This document shows, piece after piece, positions 27,861 to 36,153 of a stretch of DNA of 64,000 nt (position 1 is the first letter of the stretch; every line of letters starts with the position of its first letter). Under the pieces are notes generated by a model, which worked only from the letters and a program-made list of their open reading frames with translations, was not told where the DNA came from and did not search any database. The stretch is from positions 41,952-105,951 of the forward strand of contig JBJMHS010000016.1 of the NCBI GenBank assembly GCA_045807245.1, written 5' to 3'. This DNA comes from Actinomycetales bacterium. Lineage in GTDB: Bacteria > Actinomycetota > Actinomycetes > Actinomycetales > CAVURS01. Both the position numbers and the translations under genes were made by a program.

Positions 27861-29438
27861 CTATGCGTCCGCTGTGACGGTCCTGGCCGGCTGCTGCGGA
27901 GGCAGCCACACCGTGAAGCGGGTGTCGCCGGGCCGGCTGGTGAGGCCCACGCGCCCATGGTGGGCCGCGACCACGGAGGAGACGATGGCCAGACCGAGAC
28001 CGCTGCTCCCGGCCGCCCTGGACCGTGAGGAGTCGCCACGGGCGAATCGCTCAAAAACATTGGGTCGCAACGAGTCTGGGATGCCGGGACCGTTGTCGCA
28101 GACGGCCATCTCGACGCCGCCACCGTTGCTGTCGACCGGCCGCAGGGTGACCGAGACCGTGGTGCCGGGCGCGGTGTGGGTGCGTGCGTTGGCCAGCAGG
28201 TTGGCGACGACCTGGTGCAGCTGCAGACGGTCGCCGTCGACCTGGACGGGCTCGTCCGGGAGGTCGAGCTGCCAGGTGTGGTCTGGCGCGGCAGCGTGCG
28301 CGTCGCTGAGGGCGTCGACGACCAGCTCGGACAGGTCGACCGGCTCGGTCTCGATCGGGCGCCCGGTGTCGAGGCGGGCCAGCAGCAGCAGGTCCTCGAC
28401 CAGGGTGCTCATCCGTTCGGCCGCCGACTCGACCCGCTCCATCGCGTGGGCCATCTGCGGGGGAGCCGTGTCGCGCTGCGGGCGGGTCAGCTCGGCGTAC
28501 CCGCGGATCGCCGCCAGCGGCGTGCGCAGCTCATGACTGGCGTCCGCGACGAAGTGGCGCACCTTCATCTCGCTGGCCTGTCGGGCGGCCAGGGCGTTCT
28601 CGACGTGGCCGATCATGTGGTTCAGCGCCGACCCGACCTGACCGACCTCGGTGTGCGGGTCGGTGTCGCGCGCGGGAACGCGCACGGGCAGCTCCACCTC
28701 GCCCGTGTCGAGCGGCAGCCCCGCGACGCTGCGTGCGGCCGACGCGACCCGGCGCAACGGCCGCAGGCTGAGCCGTACGACGAGCAGCACCAGGAACGCC
28801 GCGACCACCAGCCCGCCGACCGCGACCAGCGTGATCGTGACGGCGAGGCGGTACACCGTCGAGGTGACCGGCGACATCGGCAGGCCGGTGATCAGGGCAC
28901 TCCCGTCGCCGTCGGGGTCCTTCGACACGACCACCCGGTAGGTGCCGAGGCCGGGCAGGTCGACCGTGCGGGTGCGGTCGTCGGCCGGGATGCGCAGAAG
29001 CGCCTTCGTGACCGAGGTATCCGTGACCGGGATCCGGTTGCCCGAGTCGTCGAGGACGCCGGCCGCCTGGATCGTCCCGCCCGAGACCTGGGCCGCGAAC
29101 GTGCCTGCGCCCTGGCCCGGGGCGAGCAGTCCGGGGGGCAGCCCGTCATGCGGATGGGACTGCTGACCGCTGGGCTGTCCGGTCGCCGGCCCACCGCCGT
29201 ACCCGTCGGTGCCGTCGTCCGCCGACGAGCCGTCCGGGCTGTCCTGGTAGCTCACGGCACGATGAGAGGCCGCCGTGAGCCGGTCGTCCAGCTGCCCGAC
29301 CAGGAAGCTGCGCAACGCGACGACCGTCACGCTCCCGACGACGCCGCAGACGACGAGCAGCACCCCCACCAGGGCGGCGACGAGCCGGGCCCGGAGGGTC
29401 CAGCCGCCGAACCGTCGCGGTCGCAGACGCGAGGTCAA
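27861..29438 (-). CDS. Sensor histidine kinase (two TM segments, HAMP, HisKA, HATPase_c)
   Basis: H-box ASHELRTPLAAIRGYAEL and ATPase motifs (NLLANARTH, DNGPGI, GSSGLGLAIV). A probable TTG start at 29438 overlaps the regulator's TGA. Confidence 0.85.
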   Translation of the reverse strand: MTSRLRPRRFGGWTLRARLVAALVGVLLVVCGVVGSVTVVALRSFLVGQLDDRLTAASHRAVSYQDSPDGSSADDGTDGYGGGPATGQPSGQQSHPHDGLPPGLLAPGQGAGTFAAQVSGGTIQAAGVLDDSGNRIPVTDTSVTKALLRIPADDRTRTVDLPGLGTYRVVVSKDPDGDGSALITGLPMSPVTSTVYRLAVTITLVAVGGLVVAAFLVLLVVRLSLRPLRRVASAARSVAGLPLDTGEVELPVRVPARDTDPHTEVGQVGSALNHMIGHVENALAARQASEMKVRHFVADASHELRTPLAAIRGYAELTRPQRDTAPPQMAHAMERVESAAERMSTLVEDLLLLARLDTGRPIETEPVDLSELVVDALSDAHAAAPDHTWQLDLPDEPVQVDGDRLQLHQVVANLLANARTHTAPGTTVSVTLRPVDSNGGGVEMAVCDNGPGIPDSLRPNVFERFARGDSSRSRAAGSSGLGLAIVSSVVAAHHGRVGLTSRPGDTRFTVWLPPQQPARTVTADA

Positions 29439-30181
29439 GATGCCGGCTTGAGGATGTACCCGGCCCCGCGCAACGTGTGGATCATCGGCTCGCGGCCGGC
29501 GTCGATCTTCTTGCGCAGGTAGGAGATGTAGAGCTCGACCACGTTGGCCTGGCCGCCGAAGTCGTAGTTCCAGACGCGGTCCAGGATCTGGGCCTTGGAC
29601 AGCACCCGCCGGGGGTTGCGCATCAGGAAGCGCAACAGCTCGAACTCGGTGGCCGTCAGGTGGATCTGGTCGCCGGCGCGCCGTACCTCGTGGCTGTCCT
29701 CGTCCATCGTGAGGTCGCCGACCGTCAGGAGTGCCTCGTCGCGCGACTGCAGCAGGCCGCTGCGGCGCACCAGGCCGCGCAGCCGGGCGACGACCTCCTC
29801 GAGACTGAACGGCTTGGTGACGTAGTCGTCGCCACCTGCCGTGAGGCCTGCGATGCGGTCCTCGACACCGTCCTTGGCGGTCAGGAACAGGACCGGCACG
29901 TCGGTGCCGTCCGCGCGCAGCCGGCGCAGCACCTCGAGACCGTCGAGATCGGGCAGCATCACGTCGAGGACCACGGCGTCGGGACGGTAGCTGCGGGCGG
30001 TACGGACGGCAGCCAGGCCGTCGCCGCTGGTCTGCACGTCCCAGCCCTCGTAGCGCAGGGCCATCGACAGCAGCTCGGTCAGCGCCGGCTCGTCGTCGAC
30101 GACGAGGACGCGCACGGGCGTGCCGTCGAGGCGGGTCAGGACGGGGCGCGGCTGAGGCGTGGGGGACGTCGTCATGGTCAT
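29435..30181 (-). CDS. OmpR/PhoB-family response regulator
   Basis: Receiver VLVVDDEP...VVLDVMLPDLDG...LTAKD plus a winged-helix output domain (LTATEFELLRFLMRNPRRVLSKAQILDRVW). The start is ATG 30181 or 30175. Confidence 0.9.
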   Translation of the reverse strand: MTMTTSPTPQPRPVLTRLDGTPVRVLVVDDEPALTELLSMALRYEGWDVQTSGDGLAAVRTARSYRPDAVVLDVMLPDLDGLEVLRRLRADGTDVPVLFLTAKDGVEDRIAGLTAGGDDYVTKPFSLEEVVARLRGLVRRSGLLQSRDEALLTVGDLTMDEDSHEVRRAGDQIHLTATEFELLRFLMRNPRRVLSKAQILDRVWNYDFGGQANVVELYISYLRKKIDAGREPMIHTLRGAGYILKPAS

Positions 30182-30320
30182 GACTGTCGGGTCTGTGGCT
30201 GGGCGGGCGCCCGGCCCGGCCTGTGCGCTTCCTGTGAGCCTCCTGTCCTGAGCGTGCTGTTCGCCGCGGTCCACAGGAAGGGCACAGGGTCAGCCGGATG
30301 CGCTCACAGGTGCGCTGCTG

Positions 30321-30701
30321 ATGGTTACCGGCATGAACGCACACGACGACGCCCTCGACCCCATGCTCCCCTCCGGCACCGGTCCGGCGGGACCGGCCGG
30401 CCGCGACCAGGGCCGCCGCAAGCTCGCGGTGGCCACGGGCACCCTGCTCGCGCTCAGTGTGGGCGGCACGATCGGAGTCGCAGCCGTGGCCCACGCGGCG
30501 AGTTCGAACGGTACGGCGAGCTCCGCCAGCACGTCGTCGACGACCGGCACGGGCTCGGACTCGTCGGCCTCGAGCTCGGACTCGTCGGCCTCGAGCTCGG
30601 ACTCGTCGGCCTCGAGCTCGGACTCGTCCAGCTCGTCCGGCTCGGTCAGCCTCGGCAGCGGCAGCAGCGACTCCGGTGCCGCCACCTCCGGCGGGTCGTG
30701 A
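30321..30701 (+). CDS. Membrane-anchored Ser-rich low-complexity protein (126 aa)
   Basis: An ATG start, one TM/signal-anchor (LAVATGTLLALSVGGTIGVAAVAHA), then a Ser-rich tail ending SDSGAATSGGS. Its stop shares a base with the apbE ATG. Confidence 0.5.
   Translation: MVTGMNAHDDALDPMLPSGTGPAGPAGRDQGRRKLAVATGTLLALSVGGTIGVAAVAHAASSNGTASSASTSSTTGTGSDSSASSSDSSASSSDSSASSSDSSSSSGSVSLGSGSSDSGAATSGGS
30555..30617 (+). repeat. 21-bp perfect tandem repeat x3 (plus a partial fourth) coding SDSSASS
   Basis: TCGGACTCGTCGGCCTCGAGC x3, read directly in the sequence. Confidence 0.85.
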
Positions 30702-31642
30702 TGGCCCTCCTGGAGCGGCTGCCGGTCGGCCCGGACACGGCGCAGTGGCCGCTGTGGAGCACCACGGCGCGCGTCGTCGTGACCGACCCCTCGGCGCTGG
30801 CCGAGGCCCGCCGCATCACCGAGCAGGTCTGCGCCGAGGTGGACGCCGCCTGCAGCCGGTTCCGGCCCGACGCCGAGATCCACTGGGTCGCGCGCAATGC
30901 GGGCGAGTGGGTCACGGTCTCGCCCCTGCTGGCCGAGCTGGTCCGCACGGCCCTCGACGCCGCCCGGCGTACCGACGGTGACGTGGACCCGACCGTCGGC
31001 GACGCCATGAACCGGGCCGGGTACGACGGGGACATCCGCGTGATCACGACGCGCGGGCCCAAGGCTGTCGGGACGCGCGTCAGCGCGCGCCCGGTGGCCG
31101 GTTGGCAGTCGGTGCGGTTCGACGGTCACCACGTGCAGGTGCCCGAGGGCGTCAGTCTCGATCTCGGCGCCACCGCGAAGGCCTGGGCCGCGGATCGAGC
31201 CGCTGCTCTCGCCGCTGCTGCTCTCGGCGTCGGGGTGCTGGTCTCGCTCGGGGGAGACCTGGCTACGAACGGCCTTGCACCGCAATGGCCTTGGGCGATT
31301 CTGGTCTCGGACGGTCCGGGCCAGCCGGAGGCGCATGTGACGCTACCGGCCGGCGCGGCGCTCGCGACGTCGAGCACGATCAGCCGCACCTGGCGCCGCG
31401 GGGGGCAGAGCGTGCACCACGTCCTGGACCCGCGCACCTCGCTGCCGGCGCCCACCCTGTGGCGAACGGTCTCCGTGGCTGCGCCGACCTGCGTCGAGGC
31501 CAACGCGCTCTCGACGGCCAGCATCGTGCGCGGCCACCGAGCGGTGCCGTGGCTCTCCGCACAAGGTGTCACGGCGCGGCTGGTGACGTCCGCGGGCGAC
31601 GTGATCCGGCTCGGCGAGTGGCCGAAAGAGGCGGCGTCATGA
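30701..31642 (+). CDS. apbE: FAD:protein FMN transferase (ApbE family)
   Basis: ApbE-like motifs DPTVGDAMNRAGYD, LDLGATAKAWAAD, VSLGGDL and HHVLDPRT. Confidence 0.85.
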   Translation: MALLERLPVGPDTAQWPLWSTTARVVVTDPSALAEARRITEQVCAEVDAACSRFRPDAEIHWVARNAGEWVTVSPLLAELVRTALDAARRTDGDVDPTVGDAMNRAGYDGDIRVITTRGPKAVGTRVSARPVAGWQSVRFDGHHVQVPEGVSLDLGATAKAWAADRAAALAAAALGVGVLVSLGGDLATNGLAPQWPWAILVSDGPGQPEAHVTLPAGAALATSSTISRTWRRGGQSVHHVLDPRTSLPAPTLWRTVSVAAPTCVEANALSTASIVRGHRAVPWLSAQGVTARLVTSAGDVIRLGEWPKEAAS

Positions 31643-32220
31643 GTTCATCCACCGAGGCAGCGCTGTGGTACGTCGGTCGCGGCTCTGGCGTGGTCAGCCT
31701 GCTCCTGCTGACGCTCGTGATGGTGCTCGGGGTCGGATCCCGTTCCGGGCGGCCGGTCTTCGGCCTTCCCCGCTTTGCCGTGGTTGCCCTGCACCGCTCG
31801 GCCAGCATGATGGCGGTCGCCTTCCTGGCGATCCACGTCGTGACCCTGTTGCTGGATCCGCAGGCGGAGCTCCGCCTCGTCGACCTGGTGCTCCCGTTCG
31901 AGGTGTCCTACCGGCCGCTCTGGATGGGGCTGGGCACGGTCGGCCTCGATGTCATGGCGGCCGTGTTCGTAACCAGTCTGCTTCGGCACCGGCTCGGCGT
32001 CCGGGCCTGGCGAGCGGTCCACTGGCTGGCGTACCTCTCGTGGCCGGTGGCCGTGCTGCACACCGTCGGGACGGGCACGGACCGTTCGACGTGGTGGTTG
32101 CTCGCACTGACCGGACTGTCGATCGGGGCGGTCGGCACGGCCACGTTGTGGCGGCTCAGGGAGGGCTTCGGCCGGCCCCTTTCGCGCCTGGTCGCCGCAC
32201 CCGTGCAGGTGTCCCGGTGA
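31639..32220 (+). CDS. Ferric-reductase-like (MsrQ/YedZ-type) transmembrane haem-b protein
   Basis: ATGA overlap with apbE. Six TM segments carry four membrane-embedded His (ALHRS, AIHVV, AVHWL, VLHTV). Confidence 0.8.
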   Translation: MSSSTEAALWYVGRGSGVVSLLLLTLVMVLGVGSRSGRPVFGLPRFAVVALHRSASMMAVAFLAIHVVTLLLDPQAELRLVDLVLPFEVSYRPLWMGLGTVGLDVMAAVFVTSLLRHRLGVRAWRAVHWLAYLSWPVAVLHTVGTGTDRSTWWLLALTGLSIGAVGTATLWRLREGFGRPLSRLVAAPVQVSR

Positions 32221-33392
32221 CCGCCGTGTTCGAGCGTCCGGTCGGCGTACCGGCAGATCTCGGGAGCACACAGCGACTGACTGCCGCGATGGCGCCCGAC
32301 CTGCCGGCTCATCTGGGGCAGGTCGGCTCCTTGCCATCGCTGGACCGCGCGCACCTGCTCGCAGAGGTGCGGGCCGCCGGTCTGACCGGCCATGGTGGTG
32401 CAGCCTTCCCGACCTGGCGAAAATTGGAAACCGTTGCGGGTGGGCGCAATCCGGTCGTCATCGCGAACGGTGCCGAAGGCGAGCCCGCGAGCAGCAAGGA
32501 CCGTGCGCTCATGACCAGCGCGCCGCACCTTGTGCTCGACGGGCTCCAGGTGGCGGCAGCGATCACCGGCGCGCGGACGGCGTACGCCTACGTGCGCGCC
32601 TCTGCGGAGCCTTCGTTGCGGCGGGCGCTCGCCGAGCGCACGGATGCCGTGGCGGCGCAGCTCGTGACAGCGGCTGAGTCGTTCGTGTCCGGGCAGGAGA
32701 CCGCGGTCGTGTCGGCGATCGAGGGTGGTCGGCCGGTGCCCCGCGACGTACCGGATCTGGTGGTACGCCGGGGAGTTCGTGGCCGGCCGACCCTCGTGCA
32801 GAACGTCGAGACGCTCGCTCACCTGGCCCTGATCGCGCGCCGCGGTGGGTCGTGGTTCCGTTCGGTCGGCACCGAGCGGCAGCCGGGGACCTTCCTGGCC
32901 ACCGTGACCGGCGCGGTCCGCCGGCCCGGCGTCTGCGAGGCGGCGTACGGCGTGCCGCTCGGCGAGCTGGTCGGGCAGGCCGGTGGTGCGGTGGAGCCGT
33001 TGCAGGCGCTGCTGGTCGGTGGGTACCACGGAGTATGGCTACCTGCGTCGGCGCTGTCGGCACCGATGTCGGTCGAGGGCCTTCGGCAGTGGGGTGCGAC
33101 TCCCGGCGCGGGTGTCGTTGTCGCGGTCGGCTCCTCGGAGTCGGGCCTCGCCGTGACGGCTCGGATCGCGGCGTACCTGGCCAACGAGAACGCCCGCCAG
33201 TGCGGCCCGTGCCTGAACGGACTGCCCGCCATGGCAACGGTTTTGGGGCGCATGGCGAGCGGCTCGCCCGACCGGGCCCTGCCCCGGCAGGTGGAGTGGC
33301 TGACCCGGGTTGTCGAAGGCCGAGGGGCCTGTCATCACCCGGACGGGACGGCCCGGATGGTGCGGAGCGCGTTGGAGGTGTTCCCGCGATGA
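32217..33392 (+). CDS. NuoF-like NAD(P)H-binding FMN/4Fe-4S protein (complex I 51-kDa-subunit family)
   Basis: GTGA overlap. GLTGHGGAAFPTWRKL, ANGAEGEPASSKDRAL, SFVSGQETAVVSAIEG, NVETLAHL and the Cys cluster QCGPCLNG...GACHHPDG. Confidence 0.8.
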   Translation: MTAVFERPVGVPADLGSTQRLTAAMAPDLPAHLGQVGSLPSLDRAHLLAEVRAAGLTGHGGAAFPTWRKLETVAGGRNPVVIANGAEGEPASSKDRALMTSAPHLVLDGLQVAAAITGARTAYAYVRASAEPSLRRALAERTDAVAAQLVTAAESFVSGQETAVVSAIEGGRPVPRDVPDLVVRRGVRGRPTLVQNVETLAHLALIARRGGSWFRSVGTERQPGTFLATVTGAVRRPGVCEAAYGVPLGELVGQAGGAVEPLQALLVGGYHGVWLPASALSAPMSVEGLRQWGATPGAGVVVAVGSSESGLAVTARIAAYLANENARQCGPCLNGLPAMATVLGRMASGSPDRALPRQVEWLTRVVEGRGACHHPDGTARMVRSALEVFPR

Positions 33393-33607
33393 GCGAGACG
33401 AAGCTGCATGTCGACCGGGTCGCCTGCGACGGCCGCGGACTGTGCATCGAGCTGCTGCCCGAGCTGCTCGCGGCGGACCCCTGGGGCTACCCCGCGGGGC
33501 GGGACGGTGGCCGGGACACGTCAGTGCCCGACTCCCTGCGACTGCTCGCAGGACAGGCGGTTCGCGACTGCCCCCGCCTGGCGTTGAGCCTGCGACGCAG
33601 CGGATAG
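33389..33607 (+). CDS. Small ferredoxin (3-Cys, [3Fe-4S]-type pattern)
   Basis: ATGA overlap. Cys pattern ACDGRGLC ... DCP within 72 aa. Confidence 0.65.
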   Translation: MSETKLHVDRVACDGRGLCIELLPELLAADPWGYPAGRDGGRDTSVPDSLRLLAGQAVRDCPRLALSLRRSG

Positions 33608-33696
33608 GCCCGATTCCTCGTCCGTGCCGCGGTCCCATCCGTGGCGCCTTGTGGACAAACAACGCGTTGTCGGACCATCCGGCTATATTCGTACAC

Positions 33697-36153
33697 ATGA
33701 ACGAAACCACCGGCGACGAGCAGCTCGATCGGCTGCTCGACGGGATCGAGGACCACGTCGACGCCGTGGCCGGTCGCGACCTGATGCCCTTGATGCGCCT
33801 CGACGGTCCGTCCCTCGCGTTGCACGCAGCGGGTCGCCGCATCGAGCGCATCCGGCGCAAGCTGCAGGGCTTCGACACCGGCTATGTCAAGGCGCTGGAC
33901 GCGGGTGACGAGGCTCAGCGCAGCGGGTTCGCCTCGACGGCGGCCTTCCTGGCGGCGCAGCTGCAGATCTCGCCGGGAGAAGCGCGAGCCCGGGTCAAGG
34001 CTGCGGCAGCCGGCGTGAGGCTCGAGCTCAGCGGCGGGTGCCTTCCACCGCAGCGGCCGGTGCTCGCCGCTGCCCGAGCCACCGGATCGGTGTCGGCGGA
34101 GCACACGGCGGTGATCATCGACGCGCTGGACCGGCTGCCATTCGGCACTGCGGCCGAGGACGTAATGGCGGCCGAGGAACGCCTGGTGTGCGAGGCCGAG
34201 CGGTTCGATCCGTCAGGGGTGGCGCGACTCGGGCGCCGGATCCTCGATCACATCGACCCCGACGGGACCTTGCGCGACCACAGCTGGAAGCAGCGGATCC
34301 GGACCGCATCGCTCACTCGGCACCACGACGGCACCGGCAGCCTGCGGGCCGTCCTCACGCCCGAGGCGCTGGAGACGTGGCAGACAGTGCTCGATCCACT
34401 GGCTCGCCCGCAGCCCACCGGACCGGAGGGGCCCGACCCGCGAACACCCGGCCAGCGGATGCACGACGCGCTGCACGACGCCGGAACGCGACTACTCGAT
34501 GTCGGCGACCTCCCGGCCTCAGGTGGGACACCGGCATCTGTCGTGATCCACATGACGAAGGAGCAGTACGACGCGCATCGGTGCGGGGCCGCCGAGGCGC
34601 TCGGCGACGACGAGCCGGCGGAGAGGTCGTCAGGTCTGGTCGAGACGGAGCACGGCAACCTGCTCCCCGTCCCGGCGGCCTTCGCCATGGCCGACCAGGC
34701 TGCCGTGTGCACTGTCATGACCGGCTCCAAGGACGTCCCGCTGCGGCTGGGTCGCGCCAGCCGGATCGCGACCCCCGGTCAGACCATCGCTTTGGCGGCG
34801 CGGGACCGGGGTTGCACCTTCCCAGGATGTGACCGCCCGGCGGCGTGGACCGAGCGTCACCATGTAGTCCCTTGGCATCGTGGCGGGCTCACCGACCTGG
34901 ACAACTTGGCGCTGGTCTGTGGCTACCACCACCGCAGCTTCGAGCCGCGAGGTTGGGCCTGTGTGATGAAGGACGGGCTTCCGCACTGGATCCCGCCGGC
35001 CTGGATCGACCCCGAGCGTCTTCCCATGCGCAACCACCGGCATGACGGGTCACTCAGCCGCCGGACGCGTTGCGGGTGGCGGTCAGTCGGCCGGCCGAAG
35101 CGCGGTGACCTCGGCTTTCGCCGGCGTACCGAAGAGCTCGTCGTACAGCGGGGTGGCGAGGATCACGGCCGCGTGCAGGTCACCGTCGCGGGTGGCGCGC
35201 TCGACCTGGCTCAATGCTGCCGACGGGTCGGCGATCTGCTGGCATCCCGGCCGCACGATGACCTGGAAGTCGAACAGGCGGTCGATCATCGGACCGCTGC
35301 CGCACAGCGTTGCCGGGCACCAGAGGTCGAGGTGTCCGGTGCCGTCGCTGATCTCGATCCGCTGGCCGGAGGCGCACCCGGCGAGTGCGACGACGCGAGC
35401 GCGGATCGCCCCGGTCGGCGACTCGCCTGCTCGAGCCCGGGCCAGCAGGTGGTCCACCGTCGTGAACGCCGACGGGAACGGCCCGTCCAGCTTGGCCCGG
35501 CTGGACGCCAGACGGACGGCCTGCGCGTCCGGCCACCGGCGGCCCGGGTCGAACTCGATGACGCCGAGCTCGCTGTGGTGGACGAACTCGCGCAGCTCGA
35601 GCATCGTCGCGAACAGGTCGACGTACGCCGCCACCGACGCGAAGGCCTGGACGACCGGCACGCTGCCGCCGGCCCAGCTGAAGCAGCCGCCGCGCCTCTG
35701 GCCCGGCTCGTCGAGCTCGACCAGGAGGTAGTCGTGACTTTCGTAGCACCAGGGGAAGTAGGACTCCATGCCCCAGTCCGGCGACAGCTGGTTGCGCCAC
35801 AGGCGGAGCGCGAGCCCCGGTCCGGCCGGCCGAGGACACGGCGACGCGGACAGGGTCTCCGGGTCCACGCTGCGCCAGAAGGCCATCAGGTCGGCGGGCA
35901 GCCGCCATGGCGCAATGGCCGCGGCGATCTCGGCCAGCACTGCTTCGATCTGTGGCCCCGGCTCCGACAGGTGGCCAAGCCCGGCGTCGGCGTGCGCGCG
36001 GCGCAGCCGGTCGACGGCCTCGATGACGTCCATGGTTTCCCCTCCACCAGCAGCGTCGTCGGGCACGGCGAGCCGCTTGAGGGCAGTGCGTCCGGATGGG
36101 GGCCAATTCCGGCCGGTTTTCAGTCCGTTGGAGGATCGACGTCGTGCCGGTGA
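33697..36153 (+). CDS. DUF222/HNH endonuclease (REP13E12-type family); the homologous part ends near 35060 but the frame has no stop until 36151-36153
   Basis: ATG at 33697, preceded by TATATT 7 nt upstream. HNH core CTFPGCDRPAAWTERHHVVPWHRGGLTDLDNLALVCGYHH. Beyond about 35080 the frame is the codon-register antisense of the convergent gene and translates to Arg-rich sequence. Confidence 0.7.
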   Translation: MNETTGDEQLDRLLDGIEDHVDAVAGRDLMPLMRLDGPSLALHAAGRRIERIRRKLQGFDTGYVKALDAGDEAQRSGFASTAAFLAAQLQISPGEARARVKAAAAGVRLELSGGCLPPQRPVLAAARATGSVSAEHTAVIIDALDRLPFGTAAEDVMAAEERLVCEAERFDPSGVARLGRRILDHIDPDGTLRDHSWKQRIRTASLTRHHDGTGSLRAVLTPEALETWQTVLDPLARPQPTGPEGPDPRTPGQRMHDALHDAGTRLLDVGDLPASGGTPASVVIHMTKEQYDAHRCGAAEALGDDEPAERSSGLVETEHGNLLPVPAAFAMADQAAVCTVMTGSKDVPLRLGRASRIATPGQTIALAARDRGCTFPGCDRPAAWTERHHVVPWHRGGLTDLDNLALVCGYHHRSFEPRGWACVMKDGLPHWIPPAWIDPERLPMRNHRHDGSLSRRTRCGWRSVGRPKRGDLGFRRRTEELVVQRGGEDHGRVQVTVAGGALDLAQCCRRVGDLLASRPHDDLEVEQAVDHRTAAAQRCRAPEVEVSGAVADLDPLAGGAPGECDDASADRPGRRLACSSPGQQVVHRRERRRERPVQLGPAGRQTDGLRVRPPAARVELDDAELAVVDELAQLEHRREQVDVRRHRREGLDDRHAAAGPAEAAAAPLARLVELDQEVVVTFVAPGEVGLHAPVRRQLVAPQAEREPRSGRPRTRRRGQGLRVHAAPEGHQVGGQPPWRNGRGDLGQHCFDLWPRLRQVAKPGVGVRAAQPVDGLDDVHGFPSTSSVVGHGEPLEGSASGWGPIPAGFQSVGGSTSCR
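35083..36066 (-). CDS. SMI1/KNR4 (SUKH-1)-like protein
   Basis: Balanced amino-acid composition. SUKH-like N-terminal pattern IEAVLAEIAAAIAPWRLPADLMAFWRSV and ...SHDYLLVELDEPG. The start is ATG 36066 or 36033. Confidence 0.55.
   Translation of the reverse strand: MPDDAAGGGETMDVIEAVDRLRRAHADAGLGHLSEPGPQIEAVLAEIAAAIAPWRLPADLMAFWRSVDPETLSASPCPRPAGPGLALRLWRNQLSPDWGMESYFPWCYESHDYLLVELDEPGQRRGGCFSWAGGSVPVVQAFASVAAYVDLFATMLELREFVHHSELGVIEFDPGRRWPDAQAVRLASSRAKLDGPFPSAFTTVDHLLARARAGESPTGAIRARVVALAGCASGQRIEISDGTGHLDLWCPATLCGSGPMIDRLFDFQVIVRPGCQQIADPSAALSQVERATRDGDLHAAVILATPLYDELFGTPAKAEVTALRPAD

Noticed and set aside
29477-30700. Upstream part of the 721-aa + strand ORF that ends as ApbE.
   Set aside because: This stretch is antisense to the response regulator gene and overlaps the Ser-rich ORF in another frame. 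ApbE family similarity starts only after ATG 30701.
30290-31336. Minus-strand ORF with a striking ESELEADESELEADESELEAD repeat.
   Set aside because: It is the antisense reading of the 21-bp SDSSASS repeat and of apbE. It has no start-site support and no family signal.
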